From assembly GCF_009914755.1 (NCBI RefSeq), contig NC_060943.1: a stretch of DNA of 64,000 nt, one strand, 5' to 3'. Below the pieces are notes generated by a model. The model saw only the letters and a program-made list of their open reading frames with translations, made no database searches and was not told the DNA's origin. Positions 34,504-62,590 of this stretch are shown here, piece by piece. The position numbers and the translations under genes are program-made. Positions within the stretch are counted from its first letter, which is position 1; the number at the start of each line of letters is the position of its first letter. Origin of the DNA: the human T2T-CHM13v2.0 reference genome, Homo sapiens.

Positions 34504-35411
34504 AAAACGGCTGAAACAGTGTCCATTTCCCCAATCTTGAATGAGAGTAACCATTGCCTCTCTCGTTTCAGGAATTATTAATTTTTCCAGTTTTGTTAAT
34601 TGGCAGTTTGGATAGTCATTCTAGACACAAGAATAAAGGAGATCACACTCCTGATTAAAACCTGTCAGTGACCTTCATTCCTCCAGCCAAAGCCCTCAGC
34701 CATTTTCCCACATAAACCCTAAGCAGACTAAGAATCTCATTTTCATAGGCTTGGCCAAAGTTTGTCTTCAGGCCACATGCAATTTCCAAGGGCTCCTCTT
34801 CCTTTACTTCTGTGGAAGGTGCAATATCAGAATATGAATGAATCAGAATGATGTTCTTAGAATCTTAATATTGGATCCATTTGAACAGATCAGTAATTGA
34901 ACTTTGGGAAAACTTCAGCACACTTCCTTAGCATACAATTTCTTGTGATGCGAATCACAACTGTTAATTTGTATTTTGCTTTCGAATCCTATATCTCAGA
35001 GTGATGAAGTCTCTTTTTACCAGAGGTCTTAGAATAGGTTTGCTTAAAATGAGATATATGAAAGAAAAGGGTCATTTTAGTCAGTGGGCGAGCATTTATC
35101 CTTAGCTATAAATGAAGGTGATAAACAGTTTCATTTCTGTATATAGAATGGTCTGTTCAATACTATATTTTTTGGGTAAAGTTTCTTTTAATGCTCTTGG
35201 TTGTTTACTTTCTTTGATTTCCAGGAAAAAAAAAAACAGGCACAATTGCTATCAGATATTTTGAGGGCAGGCATCTTGTTGAGATCATTATTTAATAAGG
35301 CGTTGAGTCATGAAGGCAGTAGACTGGTTTGAAGTTGGCCAGGATGAGAGTTCTTGGCATAGTTTAAAGCAAAGCATTTGAAATTCTGAAGTCCTCATAA
35401 GTTGCAAACAG

Positions 35412-35628
35412 TTGTCTTTATTTTTTGAAGCACTTTAATTTTGAAGCACTTTTATTTAAGTTTCAAGAACCAGAATTGTTTTTCTTTTTCTTTTTTGACT
35501 TTCATCTGCACAAGACTTTTTGTCTTTATTTTTTGAAGGCTTTTAATTTTGAAGCTCTTTATTTAAGTTTCAAGAGCCAGAATTCTCTTTCTTTTTATTT
35601 TTCTTTTTTGACTTTCATCTACACAAGA
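35412..35628 (+). repeat. Imperfect tandem duplication, ~105-bp unit x2
   Basis: TTGTCTTTATTTTTTGAAG..TTTAAGTTTCAAGA..TTTTTTGACTTTCATCT.CACAAGA at 35412-35515 and 35520-35628. Confidence 0.85.
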
Positions 35629-35719
35629 TATATGAAGATTCATAGTCAGAAAGTTTTGTCTGTCTTCTTGAGGAATAGCCAACTCCAATCTTAAAAAACT
35701 CTTCTAGAATGTCATAATC

Positions 35720-36300
35720 AAATTTTTAAACTTCTAAAGATTAGAATAGATGAAATAAAAAAGCAACCACAGACTGGAAGAAAAATGTTTGTGATATGTA
35801 TATCTCTAAAAGACTTATTTTTAGAATATATAAAAAATTTTCACAACACAATAATTTTAAAACACAATGAAAAATGGGTGGAAGATTTGAAGAGTTGCTT
35901 CAGCAAAGAGGATAAATGAGTGGCCATTCGGCACTTGAAAAAATGCTTGATCTGGGAAATGCAAATTAAAATTACTATGAGATACCACTATGAGATACTC
36001 ACTAAAACATATTAAATTAAAAAGACTAACAATACTAAGTATTGATAAGGCAGTGGAGCAACTAGAATTACCATGCATATGATAAAAGATAACTATTAAA
36101 ACACCAACTCTCACCCTAAATAAGGAAAATTCAGGAGCATTCTCATTTGAATCAGAAACAAGACAAGGATGCCCACTGTCACCACTGTTACTTGACATTA
36201 TTAAAGAGGTTATAGCCAACAAGGTAAAACCAGAAAAATAAGCAAGAAATGTAAAAATTAGAAACTGAGAAATATTTCCAGTATTTGCAGATGATGTTCA
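35720..36300 (+). mobile_element. Old L1 ORF2 fragments
   Basis: gggaaatgcaaattaaaattactatgagatacc; tcagaaacaagacaaggatgcccactgtcaccac. Confidence 0.7.
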
Positions 36301-37699
36301 AGTTCCCATAGATTTTAATATCATAATCTAATAATAGAGATAAGTCCCATAACTTTTGCCATATTCTGTTGGTAAGAAGCAAATCTCAGGTTCCGTTTGC
36401 ACTCAAAGGGATGGATTTGTACAAGGTGTGACTCAGTAGGTGTCACCTTAGGGTATGCCTGCCCCACTAAGAGTATGAGGGCGCAGTTACCCCTCATCCT
36501 ACAGATATACAGATGTCCCAGTGGAGGGACGCCTTAACTTGCCCTGAACATACACATGCGGGGCTGTTGTACTTAAAGCCTCCTACTTCTATCTCAATTT
36601 TCACTCTCTGCATTTTCCTTTTTTTAAATAAAATGTACCAAAGCCGTAGGGTAAATCCTATGACACAGTAAAGAATAGTCTCAGATTTATAAGTGGAGAA
36701 AATTCAAAAGTTCTAAGTCCGGGGAATTTCTTAGTAACTCAAACAAAATGTCACACTTTCTCACATAATAAAGATAAGTGTTTTTATTGATTTTACACTA
36801 TTTGCTTACAGTAAATATATAATTGATGTTTTAAAATAAAAGCAGGTTTCATGCTTCATGTAACAAAGTTAGGTTCAGATACTAATGTGAAAACTCAACT
36901 ATTCCTGGGAAACCATGTTCAAAAAAATGCTTCATTGGCTAAGCAGTCTTATTTTATTATTCAAATGGACTAAAAATGAGGTATGAAGTAATTAAAAGTA
37001 ATATGGTGGCTTTAAGTGCAGAGATGGGGTGGCAGAAGCTGTGAACACAGAATGTAAAATCGGTAACTACAAAATGGCACAAACTACGAAAGCAATATAT
37101 TTAAATTACTATTTTTTAAAAAAGAAGGATCATTTCAGATCTTCACCTTCAGATCCTCACTCAGCCCTGCCTCCTATTTCCCATAATCAGCCATTTTTTT
37201 AATTTTATGATTGCTATTACTCACCTTCTAGAATATATTTTTGTTTATTTGATTGAACAACCTCTTCCTGAAAATTCTGCCCAGTTGGGCTGGCTGACAT
37301 TGATCTCAGTAATTGTGTTTTTTTCCTCTAACTTGATTATATTTTTTTCATTCGCCTCTCTTTAAATGAAGTGTCCCAAGAGCCCTAAATTCTCTCTTCA
37401 GGTGGTCGCTTGGTAGGTTACTTCATCAATAGGTTCATCCAGGTATAGAGAGCAATGGTGTAAGGATAACAAAGATACAATTTCTCAGAAAGATAACATT
37501 TTCAAAAGTGCTATTAAAGACAGTGAGTTGTTCAGCAATTCAGGAAAAAAAAGTCTTTAAATCAGAGGGAAAAATATAGAGAAAAAGTATTTTTCAGAAT
37601 ACATGTCAGTTTCTCCTAGAAATATATATACACAAGTATTGAATAGGTCCCCTGCCAATGTAGGACCCAAGACTTTTACTCTGTGACATTCCATTTGTC

Positions 37700-37965
37700 C
37701 TTGGCTGTACGGAATAAAAGCCCTTTGACGATGGCGGCCTCCAATATCATAATCCGTATGGGTGCGGCCATGCCGTCCTCCCGACCAAGTTTCTGAAGTT
37801 GAATGAACCGCGGAATAAAGGTACGCCGTTATACGCCATGATAACTGTTGGCGGAGCGTAGCTTCAAAAGTGTTAGTGGGCATGCGCGCGGTTCAACAGC
37901 GCCTACGGAAATCCTAACGGGAATGTAACCCAAACCGGAAGTGGCCTAGAGCGGCCATTTAGCTT
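37700..37965 (+). promoter_or_regulatory. ZNF175 CpG-rich TATA-less promoter
   Basis: CpG cluster with YY1-like GATGGCGGC (37730), NRF1-like GCATGCGCGC (37880), ETS CCGGAAGT (37935), GCGGCCATTT (37951). Confidence 0.8.
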
Positions 37966-38145
37966 CTGTTGTTAAGTGGATCTAAGCCTATGTCGCTTAC
38001 TGGACGCTGAAGTGATTGGGAATATTAGCAGTGGGGGTTCTGTAGGGTCAGGAAGGGGCGGCTGGCTTTGGGGGAGTGATGAGGGGCTTGTTGGGGGTGG
38101 GGGTGCGTGATAAAGGGATTTCTCGGCTGAAGACGAGGCTGTGAG
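37950..38145 (+). other. ZNF175: ZNF175 non-coding exon 1 (5' end approximate)
   Basis: Follows the CpG-rich promoter; ends at consensus donor GAG|GTGAGT (GT at 38146-38147). Confidence 0.75.
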
Positions 38146-39999
38146 GTGAGTGACGGGCTTGTTTTGGCTGAGCGATGGGGGGTTTCTGGGGTGGGTGATG
38201 GGTGCTGTGGGGTAAGTGGCGTTTGCTAATTTTAGTTGGATAATTAGCCTGTTAATTTTCCCTCTTTTCTTGCTTATTTTCTGCTTGTAGTATTTTTGTG
38301 ACTTAAATTCCAAGTGTACTTTAATATCGGATTTTATATTGGTCCACGAAACTTGCTAACTTGAGGACAGTGAACGTGCATCTTAAGAGCGCCTTTGCGG
38401 ATGGTGCTGGAGGACGTTCAGGGAAGGGATTCACTGTCCGTGGGACTAGGGGAGTCAGTGATTGATTGGCAGCCAAGAGCTTCAGAGGTTGGAGGACTTT
38501 GAGGATCACACTGTAACACTCTCAGGGGACCAGTGATGGGCAACCTATAGGAATCAGTAGAGTGGGGTTGCCAGGGGTAGCCTATGGCAGCCAGTTGACT
38601 GGAGGCGTAGGGGGTCAATGATGGGGATTTGTGAGGGTGAATGCATTGCTTTCTAGGCAGTGAGTGTTGGGGTCCTTCAGGGATTGGTGGGTGGGTCAGT
38701 GTTGGCCTCTTCTTGGGTCCCTTGGACATGGTAAGGATCAGTAATTGACAGTTGAGCACATCGATGATGGTTTCCTATTGGGGCATTTCATTTGGACCCC
38801 TATGTTGGGGATTATTTGTCGTTTTATGGAAACCAGAAAATTGTGCTCGCTGGGAAACATTTCTTGGCTATCAGGGCAGTAAAGATTTCAGAAGCCTGTG
38901 CCATGTCAGTGACTGGGAGGCATTTTGGAACTTTCTGGCAGCCCTGTAGTACACTCATTGGGGATTTCTGAAAGTCAGTCCTGTCAGTGATTGCATTCAG
39001 GTGCGGTGGGGGCAACTTATTGTGGACAGGCAAGAAATAGTAACTGGAGGCCCTGATGCATGTCTGCAAATTTTCTGTGTCAAGATGGGGATTGGGACAG
39101 TGATTTTAAGTTTTAGCTCTAGTCAGAAGAGGCTGGTCTGTGTGTGGTGTATTATGGACGGGGACTGAAAAGTCCAGAAGCTCAGAATAGGTACACCAGA
39201 CAGAGCCACCTCCCGGCCTGAGTTCTATGAAGGCAACAGAAAGAGGAAATGGTGTTTCTGGAAGCTGGCCACGTATGGGTACATGAGATAGTGGAGACAG
39301 TGTACAGTTTAGAACAAGGCAGATGTGGGGCTGATTCCCTGTTTTTCCATTTACAGACTGAGTAACCTTCAGGCAAATTATGTAACAGCACACAGCCTCA
39401 TTATCCTCATCCTCAAAATGGGTATGATAATGCCCATGATATTTAGCTGACAATTAAATTGACAACTTTCTTTTTTTAATTCATATTTATCACGTGCCAG
39501 GCAGGCACTGAGGACTTGACAAGCTTCATCTTGGTTAAGTTTCCCAACACCTGTGATAAATACCTGCATTTTCATTTTGGAAACTACAACTAAAGTAATA
39601 TTTTCATATTCTCACAGTGAAAATGTGGCAAAGCTGCAATGAATTCACCATTTAGTCCAGACTCAGTCTTTATTTTTAACCCTGACTAATAACTAGAGTT
39701 GGGCTTTCTGAACTTTGTCTACTCCAATGTCTGACACAGTGACTTCACCTCAGTGCCCTCAGGAAATATTTGTGGAGTGAATGTTGAATGAGTGACCATG
39801 TACTCATTGCTTTTCCAAGGCTTCTGCAGAACCCCCAGGTCAGGCCACATCATTGAGGCTGCAGGATCTCTCTTCATAGCCCAGTACGACTCTCCGCCGT
39901 GTCCCTGGTTGGAAAATCCAAACACCTATCCAGCTTCTGGCTCCTGGGAAAAGTGGAGTTGTCAGCAAGAGAGACCGAGAGTAGAAGCCCAGAGTGGAG

Positions 40000-55128
<15,129 letters not shown>

Positions 55129-55624
55129 ATTCCTAGTGCATCAGCATATTCATAAATGAAATATACTCCGAGTTTCTTGAAGAAGAGAAAATCTTCTCAG
55201 AATCAGGTCTAATTATATGTTATTGAATTCATGCTTCAGAAAAACTCTAGGGATGCACTGCATGTGTGAACACATGATAAAAAAGTCATGCTTTATTTTA
55301 GTGAGGGCAATTACAGAGAAAAGAGTAAGCAGAAATGTCCTTCTGAGTACTGGCCTCATTAAGGATTATAAATTTTCTCCCCGGGAAGAAACCCTGACTA
55401 ACGCATTGAGAAAAGCCTTTCTGTAAAGAATGGTACAAGACAGGTTGTTACTCGATTATTTATAGTAAAATATGTGGGAAATTATATCAATGATAACCCT
55501 GTTTATTGTGGGATATCAATATTTTTAAAGTGCCAACACAGTCATGATAGGACAATATTTTATGTGTGTGTGTGCGCCTTATGTATATAAGCATATATAT
55601 AATATATAAGCATATTATTATATA

Positions 55625-55841
55625 CAGGTTGAGTATCCCTTCTCCAAAATGCCTGGGATCAGAAGCATTTTGGATTTCAGATACTTACAGATTTTGGAAT
55701 ATTTGCATTATATTTATTGGTTGAGCATCCCTAATCTGAAAATCCAAGATTAAATGCTCCAATTAGCATTTCCTTTGAGCGTCATGTTAGAGTTCAAAAA
55801 GTTTCAGATTTTGGGTTTTCAGATTAGGAATACCCAACCTG
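55625..55841. mobile_element. Tigger4a-like MITE in the ZNF175 3'UTR
   Basis: TIRs CAGGTTGAGTATCCCT / AGGAATACCCAACCTG flanked by TA. Confidence 0.85.
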
Positions 55842-56304
55842 TATGTACGTATATTTCTGTATCTATGTATGTATATATATGCATATGCAGACATATGTAT
55901 ATGGTCTGGTCAGCATATGTGTATGTATGCGTATGTATGTATGTATGTATGCCCTCAGTGCAGTGGGGTTTGCTGCAGAATTCACTGCATAGCAGGAGAT
56001 GTAAGCAGATGAGTTATTTTTTAAGAGAATCTAATCTAATTGTTTTTATAAAAATTATTCCCTATTGAATATTTATATAATGAGGTTGTATCAACAATGA
56101 TTAACTCCTTTATTATACATACACATGAATGTGCATTTTTGGTAAATGCATAAATGAGATTCTATAATGTTTACTGATCTTTATATTACAGATTTTCTCT
56201 TCTTTTAGGATTAGCTCAGCTTGCCCCCGCTTTCCATCTCCACCATCTATAGTGAGCCTCTCCATAATTAGTGCCAACCATTAGTCTCGTTCATATTTTT
56301 ACAC

Positions 56305-56530
56305 CAGGAGTCAACAAACTGTGGCCATTGGCCAAATATGGCCTCCCAACTGTTTTTTTAAAATAAAGTTTTATTGGAACACAGCCATGTTCATTTGGAC
56401 ATGTATTGTCTGGGCTTCTTTTGTGCTGCACTGGCAGAATTGAGTAGTTTTGGCGGAGATCAAATAGCCCCCAAGCTGGAAACTGAAAATATCTACTCTC
56501 TGGCTCTTTACAGAAAATGTTTGCCAGCAC
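56305..56530. mobile_element. MER58A-like hAT element containing AATAAA (56362-56367)
   Basis: caggagtcaacaaactgtggcc..aaataaagttttattggaacacagccatg..ctttacagaaaatgtttgcc. Confidence 0.8.
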
Positions 56531-58412
56531 ATGATACACACACAAACACACATATTACTATGTTCATCATCATATACCTGTGTAAGTACTCTTTCATTGA
56601 TTTATAAAACTCAGATCTCTTACGTGTGTGGATGGTATTTTTTTCATTCTACAATCCATGATGGATTGTACACACGTGTATTCTATGAGGTTGACCTGCC
56701 ATAATTTATTTAGCCATTCCCACAGTTTTGATTACTTATTTCCTCCCCACACACATTTTTTGCTAAAAAACGGAGAGGGAACTGTTATCAATACTTCCGA
56801 GAAGCAGACCAGCATAATCTTTTAAGTGCACAGGCCCAGGAGCCAGGTTCCTGCATTTGATTCCTGGCTCCACTCTCTACCCTCTGCATCTGCTGAGCAA
56901 GTTATTTGGTCTCATCTATTCTGGTTTTCTCATCTACAAAAGGGAGATGATGATAGTACCCTACCCCCATGCATTTGGTGTGAGAAGTGTGTGTGTGTTA
57001 AACCCTTGGAACTGCATGGACAGACCAAGTGCTGATGAATTTTAGCGGGCCTCGTATCCCTGAGCCTGCCTGGTTCCCTTGTGCTGGGTGTGGGACTGTG
57101 GTGGGAGATTTCTGTCAGCTGGAAGTCTTTTCCAGAAGGGTGTTAGAGATGGGCACCCATGGCTTTAGTCTCCATACCCCTTCAAGGTTGATAGGGGCCC
57201 ACACAGCTGGTCAGGAACCAGCACAGACCTCAGGCTGTGTCTAAAACAAGGTGACTGCACATGCAGGAGCCTGTGCTGGGCCCTGGAGAGCAAATCTGTT
57301 CTGTGTCTCACTGGCCTCTCCCTGTCCAGGGGCGTAGTATCAGTGACCATGTCCCACCTCCTGAGAAAGGTGGAAGAGTCTCACCTGGGGAGTCCAGGTA
57401 CAAGGGCTGGCCGGCCGTAGATGACTGGTGTGGGGTGGAAAGGCTGCAGAGGCCTCTCCATGGTGGTGAGGGGTGGAAATAGTGTGCACCTGGGTCCTGG
57501 GAGTGGCACCCTGACCAGTTTCAGGGAGGAAGGTGGCAGGGCCCTAGGACAAGTGTGTTAAAAACTTGAGCCCACAGTGTAGACACACTGGTTCCAAAGA
57601 CCCCTCAGGATGTGCCTCCCTTCTCAGATCTGGGCTTTCCCTGTTCCTAAGCATCACCTGGGGGGATCACTCTGGGTCCTCATCTCCAGCCACATGTTCA
57701 CTCCTCACGTGGGCCTCCCTAACTGTCCCCCTCAGGGCAAGCCCTTCCTCCCCACTTCCAGAAAGCTGCTCGTTCCCTGGCCATCCCACACCTCTGACCT
57801 CGTGCCACTTCCAGGGCCTGTTGGCTTTAACAACTTAGTTTCCTCCCTACCTCCTAACCCCCTCTGTCTAGAGTGCTCACCTCCCTCCCAGCCTCTGTCT
57901 CATACTATTTTTTCTTTCCTCTCAGTACCAAGCGCTGGGACAAGCCAGTCTGTACTCAATGCCTGTGGGATAATAGACGGAGGAATCTGGAGTTTGGTTG
58001 GGTGATTAGCTTTGGAATTGATGGGTCCCAGGGAGCTATCTAAAGTTTTCAGTCACATGAGGGCATGCTCACAGATCTGTGAAAAGATCTGTTGGCTCAG
58101 AGAACTAAGAGATGAATAAATGTTAGTCCAATGGCCTCATCATGAGATGAGAGGTCAAGAGTTTTGAGTTTCCAGAGGGAGAAGCTACTATTCTAGGCAG
58201 CTTGTATGAACTAACTCGTTTATTCCTCACAGCCATTGTAGGAAATAATCTAACCTCATAAACCCCATTTTAGAGATGAGGAAACAGGCTTAGAGAATTT
58301 GACGTAAACTCAAGACCGAAAATCTAGGAACAAGAAAAGCCTGGATTTGAACCAAGCGATCTGATGCCAGTGTTTTAACTCTCAACCATTGTACTACTTT
58401 ACCTCCTCATGA

Positions 58413-58682
<270 letters not shown>

Positions 58683-59196
58683 CCCATGACCTTTTTATTG
58701 TTGGGCAGTGAAAGCCATGGTGAAATGAAGAATGTCCTACTGTCATGTGATGTGATCAGAAAACATACTGCCCAGAGTCCCCTGCCCCCACCCCCAAAAC
58801 CAGTACTTGATCCATCCTTTGACTGTTGTGGGGATTGGCACAAAGGTTGGGCACAGTAGTAGTTAGGCTCATGGGCTCTGGAGCCAACCTACCTGGATGC
58901 TACACATCCCAGCTCTGCCCCTCGCTAGTTTGGTGGCAAGCAACTTAACCTCTCTTCCTTAATTTCTCCAGCGGCACAATGGGAATAATAATAGATCTCG
59001 CCTTGTGGCTCCTTTGCAGATTACATGCGTTAATTATGTAAAGTCAAGCATTAGAATGGTGGCTGTCCACCATGAGTACAACACAAATGCTCGTTCTTAA
59101 TGATTCAACAAACATGGAATTTCATTAAATCTGAAATAAAGGTATTTTGAGAAATTGAATTCCGTTATCAAGTGTGAAGTCCTGATCCAGACTCAC

Positions 59197-61060
59197 CTCG
59201 TGCACACTATTTACCACAAAGGTGGACTCCCTATTTTAAATGCATTCACTTAAAGAGACCTTTCCCTGTACTAATTAGTGTTTGTTAAGAAGGACCTTCT
59301 GGACATAGTTGAAAGAAAGAGAAAAGAAGCAGGTGTGGGGAGGAGGAGAAGGAGAAGGGAGGAAGGGAGGGAGGGGAAAGAAGATGGATGGACAGATGGA
59401 AGGAAGGAATTAGGGATGGCAGAAAGGAGATAAAATAAACTCTACTTTTAAAAGAAACCAGGTGGGGTGAGTGGGAGGGCTTCCCTGTGACCTTGGCCTC
59501 AGGGGCTCTTTCTGGCTTCCAGATAAGATACCCCTCAGCTTTGCACTGGGTCTCCTGAGGCTTGGAAGTTATGTCCACAGTGAGGTTGGTGTAGAGGGGC
59601 AGCCACTCTTTGGAGAGCAACCTGTAGCCCAGACAGTTGATGCCATCATCAGAGGATCCAGGGATCGGAGGATTGGCGGATCCGGGACAGAAGGCGAGGC
59701 CTGGAGGATGGGGAGGGGCAGCCATGTGAGCCTCAGGGAGGACCCAGAACCAACCACCCCACTTCCAACACTGATTCACCTCCAGGGCCTCTGCTTGTGG
59801 CCAGGATCTTCCCCCTCCAGCATATGGTAGCCTCTGAAAAGCAGGTGGGGCTGGGAGAGGAGCATCCCGCTTAGTTTCACCCTTCCAGAGACACAGGAAG
59901 GCATGGAGGCCAAACACCTGTCTCTGACAGGGTCCCCATGCCACAGCCCAGCCCTCCAGTCCAGGGTAGCCCATGTCCCCCTCAGCCCAGGGCGGCCCAT
60001 ACCTGCCTCATCATGTCAGGACCTGCAGCTCCTGCCTCCCACCTGGCAGTGATGTCATCCTCATCATCCCAAGCCCACTACACGTTGGAGAAGCCATTTA
60101 TCTTCAGGTAGTGAGTGGGGTGCAGGGCAAACACCCCTCCAAGGCACAAGCTAACGGCTTAATTGCTGTTGTTTCCCCATGTTCTGGCTTGCAGCACTTG
60201 TAACCTCTGGGCTCCTGCAGCCCTTAACATCTGATACCTTTACATTAAGATTTATCATCCTTATCTCTGGACCAGGCTGAATACACCTGTGTCCCGGTGC
60301 ATCTGGCCAGCGGGTCAAAGGGCCTAGCACACAGATTAACAAATGAATGAGTTCCAGTTACCAAAGTTCAATCCTTGAGGTGGACAGAAGACGCCCAAGG
60401 CGTGTCTCCCATCACCCTTCACTCTGAATCCTCCTTATCAAGGGCCTCACGGGAATAGTGATAAGATCTCAGAATATACAGGAGGGAGCAGTTTCGGGAA
60501 GGGGGGCATTGGAAGGAAGTGGAGGGCTTGGATCTGGGGAGCAAGCGGGGAGAGTGCTCCGTTCCTTGGTTTTGGGATCTTGCCTTACGGGTCTCACCTG
60601 CCCTCCATCCTGGCTTCCACCTGGCAGGGTGTGTTTGTGTCAGAAAGACGATTGTGCGTAACTGTTCACCGCGTCCACGTCCCGAGAGTTGCGCACGCGT
60701 GGAGATCTGCAAAACGCTCCCTTTCAGCTCCGCGCATGCACAGAGACCCCACCCCGCAAGTCCTTGCCCTTCGGCCTGGGCAGGCGTCCACTCCCACGGC
60801 TGCAGGGCGCGCCGAAGAGCCCACTCTGCATCCCCGAGACGCGGCCCAATCCTAGGAATGTGCTTAGCGCAGGTGCTATCTTCCCTTTTCACATTCCCAA
60901 TCTCTTTCTCCGCCCCCTCAAACTCTTGCCATACTCCCACAACAGCAGAAAATCTGAAAAAAAAGTCCATCCCATCTTTGCACTGACAGCAGTGCACAGC
61001 AGCTGGCAGAGAATTCTGGCACGGCTATTGTGCTTGCGCAGGCGCAGACGGGAAGCGGGC
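59197..61060 (-). ncRNA. Probable lncRNA from the 61-kb island, convergent with ZNF175 (position fits LINC01530 from memory); boundaries approximate
   Basis: Minus-strand donors at 60597, 60002, 59779, 59196 and acceptors at 59834, 59701; no recognisable protein. Name is recall only. Confidence 0.45.
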
Positions 61061-61500
61061 CGGACCGGCCTAGTACACTCTGGGAGGCGTGCGCAGAATG
61101 CGCAGCGCTGCCGCGAGGATCTCTGGGAACTGTAGGCCCAGTTTGTCCGAGAGCCGCAAGTGTTTCGGGACGACGCAACGCAGGGGCACCTGGGAGTCGT
61201 AGGCGGATGGGCCCAAAGCCTTCCGGGAGTCGTAGTCCTTCCGCCCGCTCCTCGTTTCTTTGGAGGTTGGCCCTTCCAGCTCCAGTTCTGCCCAGGTGAG
61301 CGCCCATCCCGCGGCCGGCCGGTCCTGGCCCTTTGTCGCGATGACGTGGCGGAGTTGAGGGTCTCTGTATTTCTCTCCCCCGCGTTCTGGTAGGCGTCCC
61401 TGGAAAGATGGCACCCTTTTCCGTGATCTCTCAATCCCTCTCTCCGGGTGGGAGTGCTCTAAGCAGCTGTTGTACCTGCTGACCCGCTTTGGATTCTGCG
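60590..61500. promoter_or_regulatory. CpG island, probable bidirectional promoter
   Basis: High CpG density; NRF1 TGCGCAGGCGCA 61035-61046; three ZNF143/THAP11-type GGGAnnnGTAG motifs (61124, 61191, 61224); outward-facing donors at 60597 (-) and 61296 (+). Confidence 0.8.
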
Positions 61501-61559
61501 GCCCAGCCTGACACCTTCTCACTCTCGCCCTTCAACCTGGGTGCAGTGCGAGTGCACCC

Positions 61560-62590
61560 TCCTCTGTCCTGGTTACAACACAGAGTGGTCAGGGCTGGCC
61601 CAGTGGGTGCTCAGGAGGCTGTGGGAACACAGAGGAGGTGCTAGACCCAGCCCAGGGTTCAGGAAAGACCTTACAGAGCAAAGGACCTCAAATCTACCAC
61701 ATCCAAACGAAATCCCAGATTCCCTGTCCTAAACCTGCTCCTCTCACAATCTTTCTGCCTCCTCCCCACTAACTGTCCATCCAAGTGCTCAAGCCAAAAT
61801 CTTGGAATGGTCGCCAGTGTTCTGTTTCTCTCATCCGCTTCCCTCCCGCAACCAAATCTTGTGTGAGTCTCATCGTCTCTATCTCCAGAAGAGGCCCAGA
61901 ATCTAACCACTTCTCTCCACTTCCACTGTCTCCATTCTGCTCCGAGCTACCGTTACTCCTCACCTGCATCACTGCAGGGGCCTCCTCACTGTTCTGTTTC
62001 TTCCCTTGCCACACTCCACCCTCTATTCAGGCACAGTGCCAGGAAGCCTGTGGAAATATAAATCAGATCCTGTCACCAGTCACTACCCTGCCCCCCAGCT
62101 TAAAATCATCCAGTGGTTCCCATCTCAGAATAAAATCCAAGCTCCTTATCCTGCCAACCTCTAAGCTTCTGGTCCTTTCTGGTCGTCCTCAGTCACAACA
62201 CACTTTCCAATGGGCTGAACACAGCCAGGCCCTGCCCTTCATGTCCTTTGCATTTGCTATTAACTCAATTTGGAGCATTCTTCCCACCCTGACCCAATAT
62301 CTGTCTACTCATTTTGTTGGCCTCAGCTCAAAGGCCTCCAGCCACCCTAAAGAACCCCCTCCCTGTTCCCCACCCCCGCCAGTCATACCACCAAAGATAA
62401 TTCCCTCGTATTTGGAAAGCATCTTAGTCATTTACTTCCTTATCCATGGCCTGGTTCCTCCATTAGAACATCAGTGCCCTGACAGCTGCAACCTTTCCTA
62501 TCTTGCTCACTGCTGTGTCCCAGTACCTAGAGCATGCTGGGTACATAGGCGGCACTCAGTGGGTATTTGTTAAATGAATGAATGAAAGTT
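61560..62590. mobile_element. L2 fragments
   Basis: Pyrimidine-rich L2-like tract ending cagtacctagagcatgctgggtacataggcggcactcag..gttaaatgaatgaatgaa. Confidence 0.65.

Noticed and set aside
60419-61522. Many overlapping 130-190 aa ORFs
   Set aside because: Expected in a GC-rich CpG island; no recognisable protein.
61785-62573. 262-aa ORF
   Set aside because: Lies in decayed L2-like sequence; no domain or splice support.
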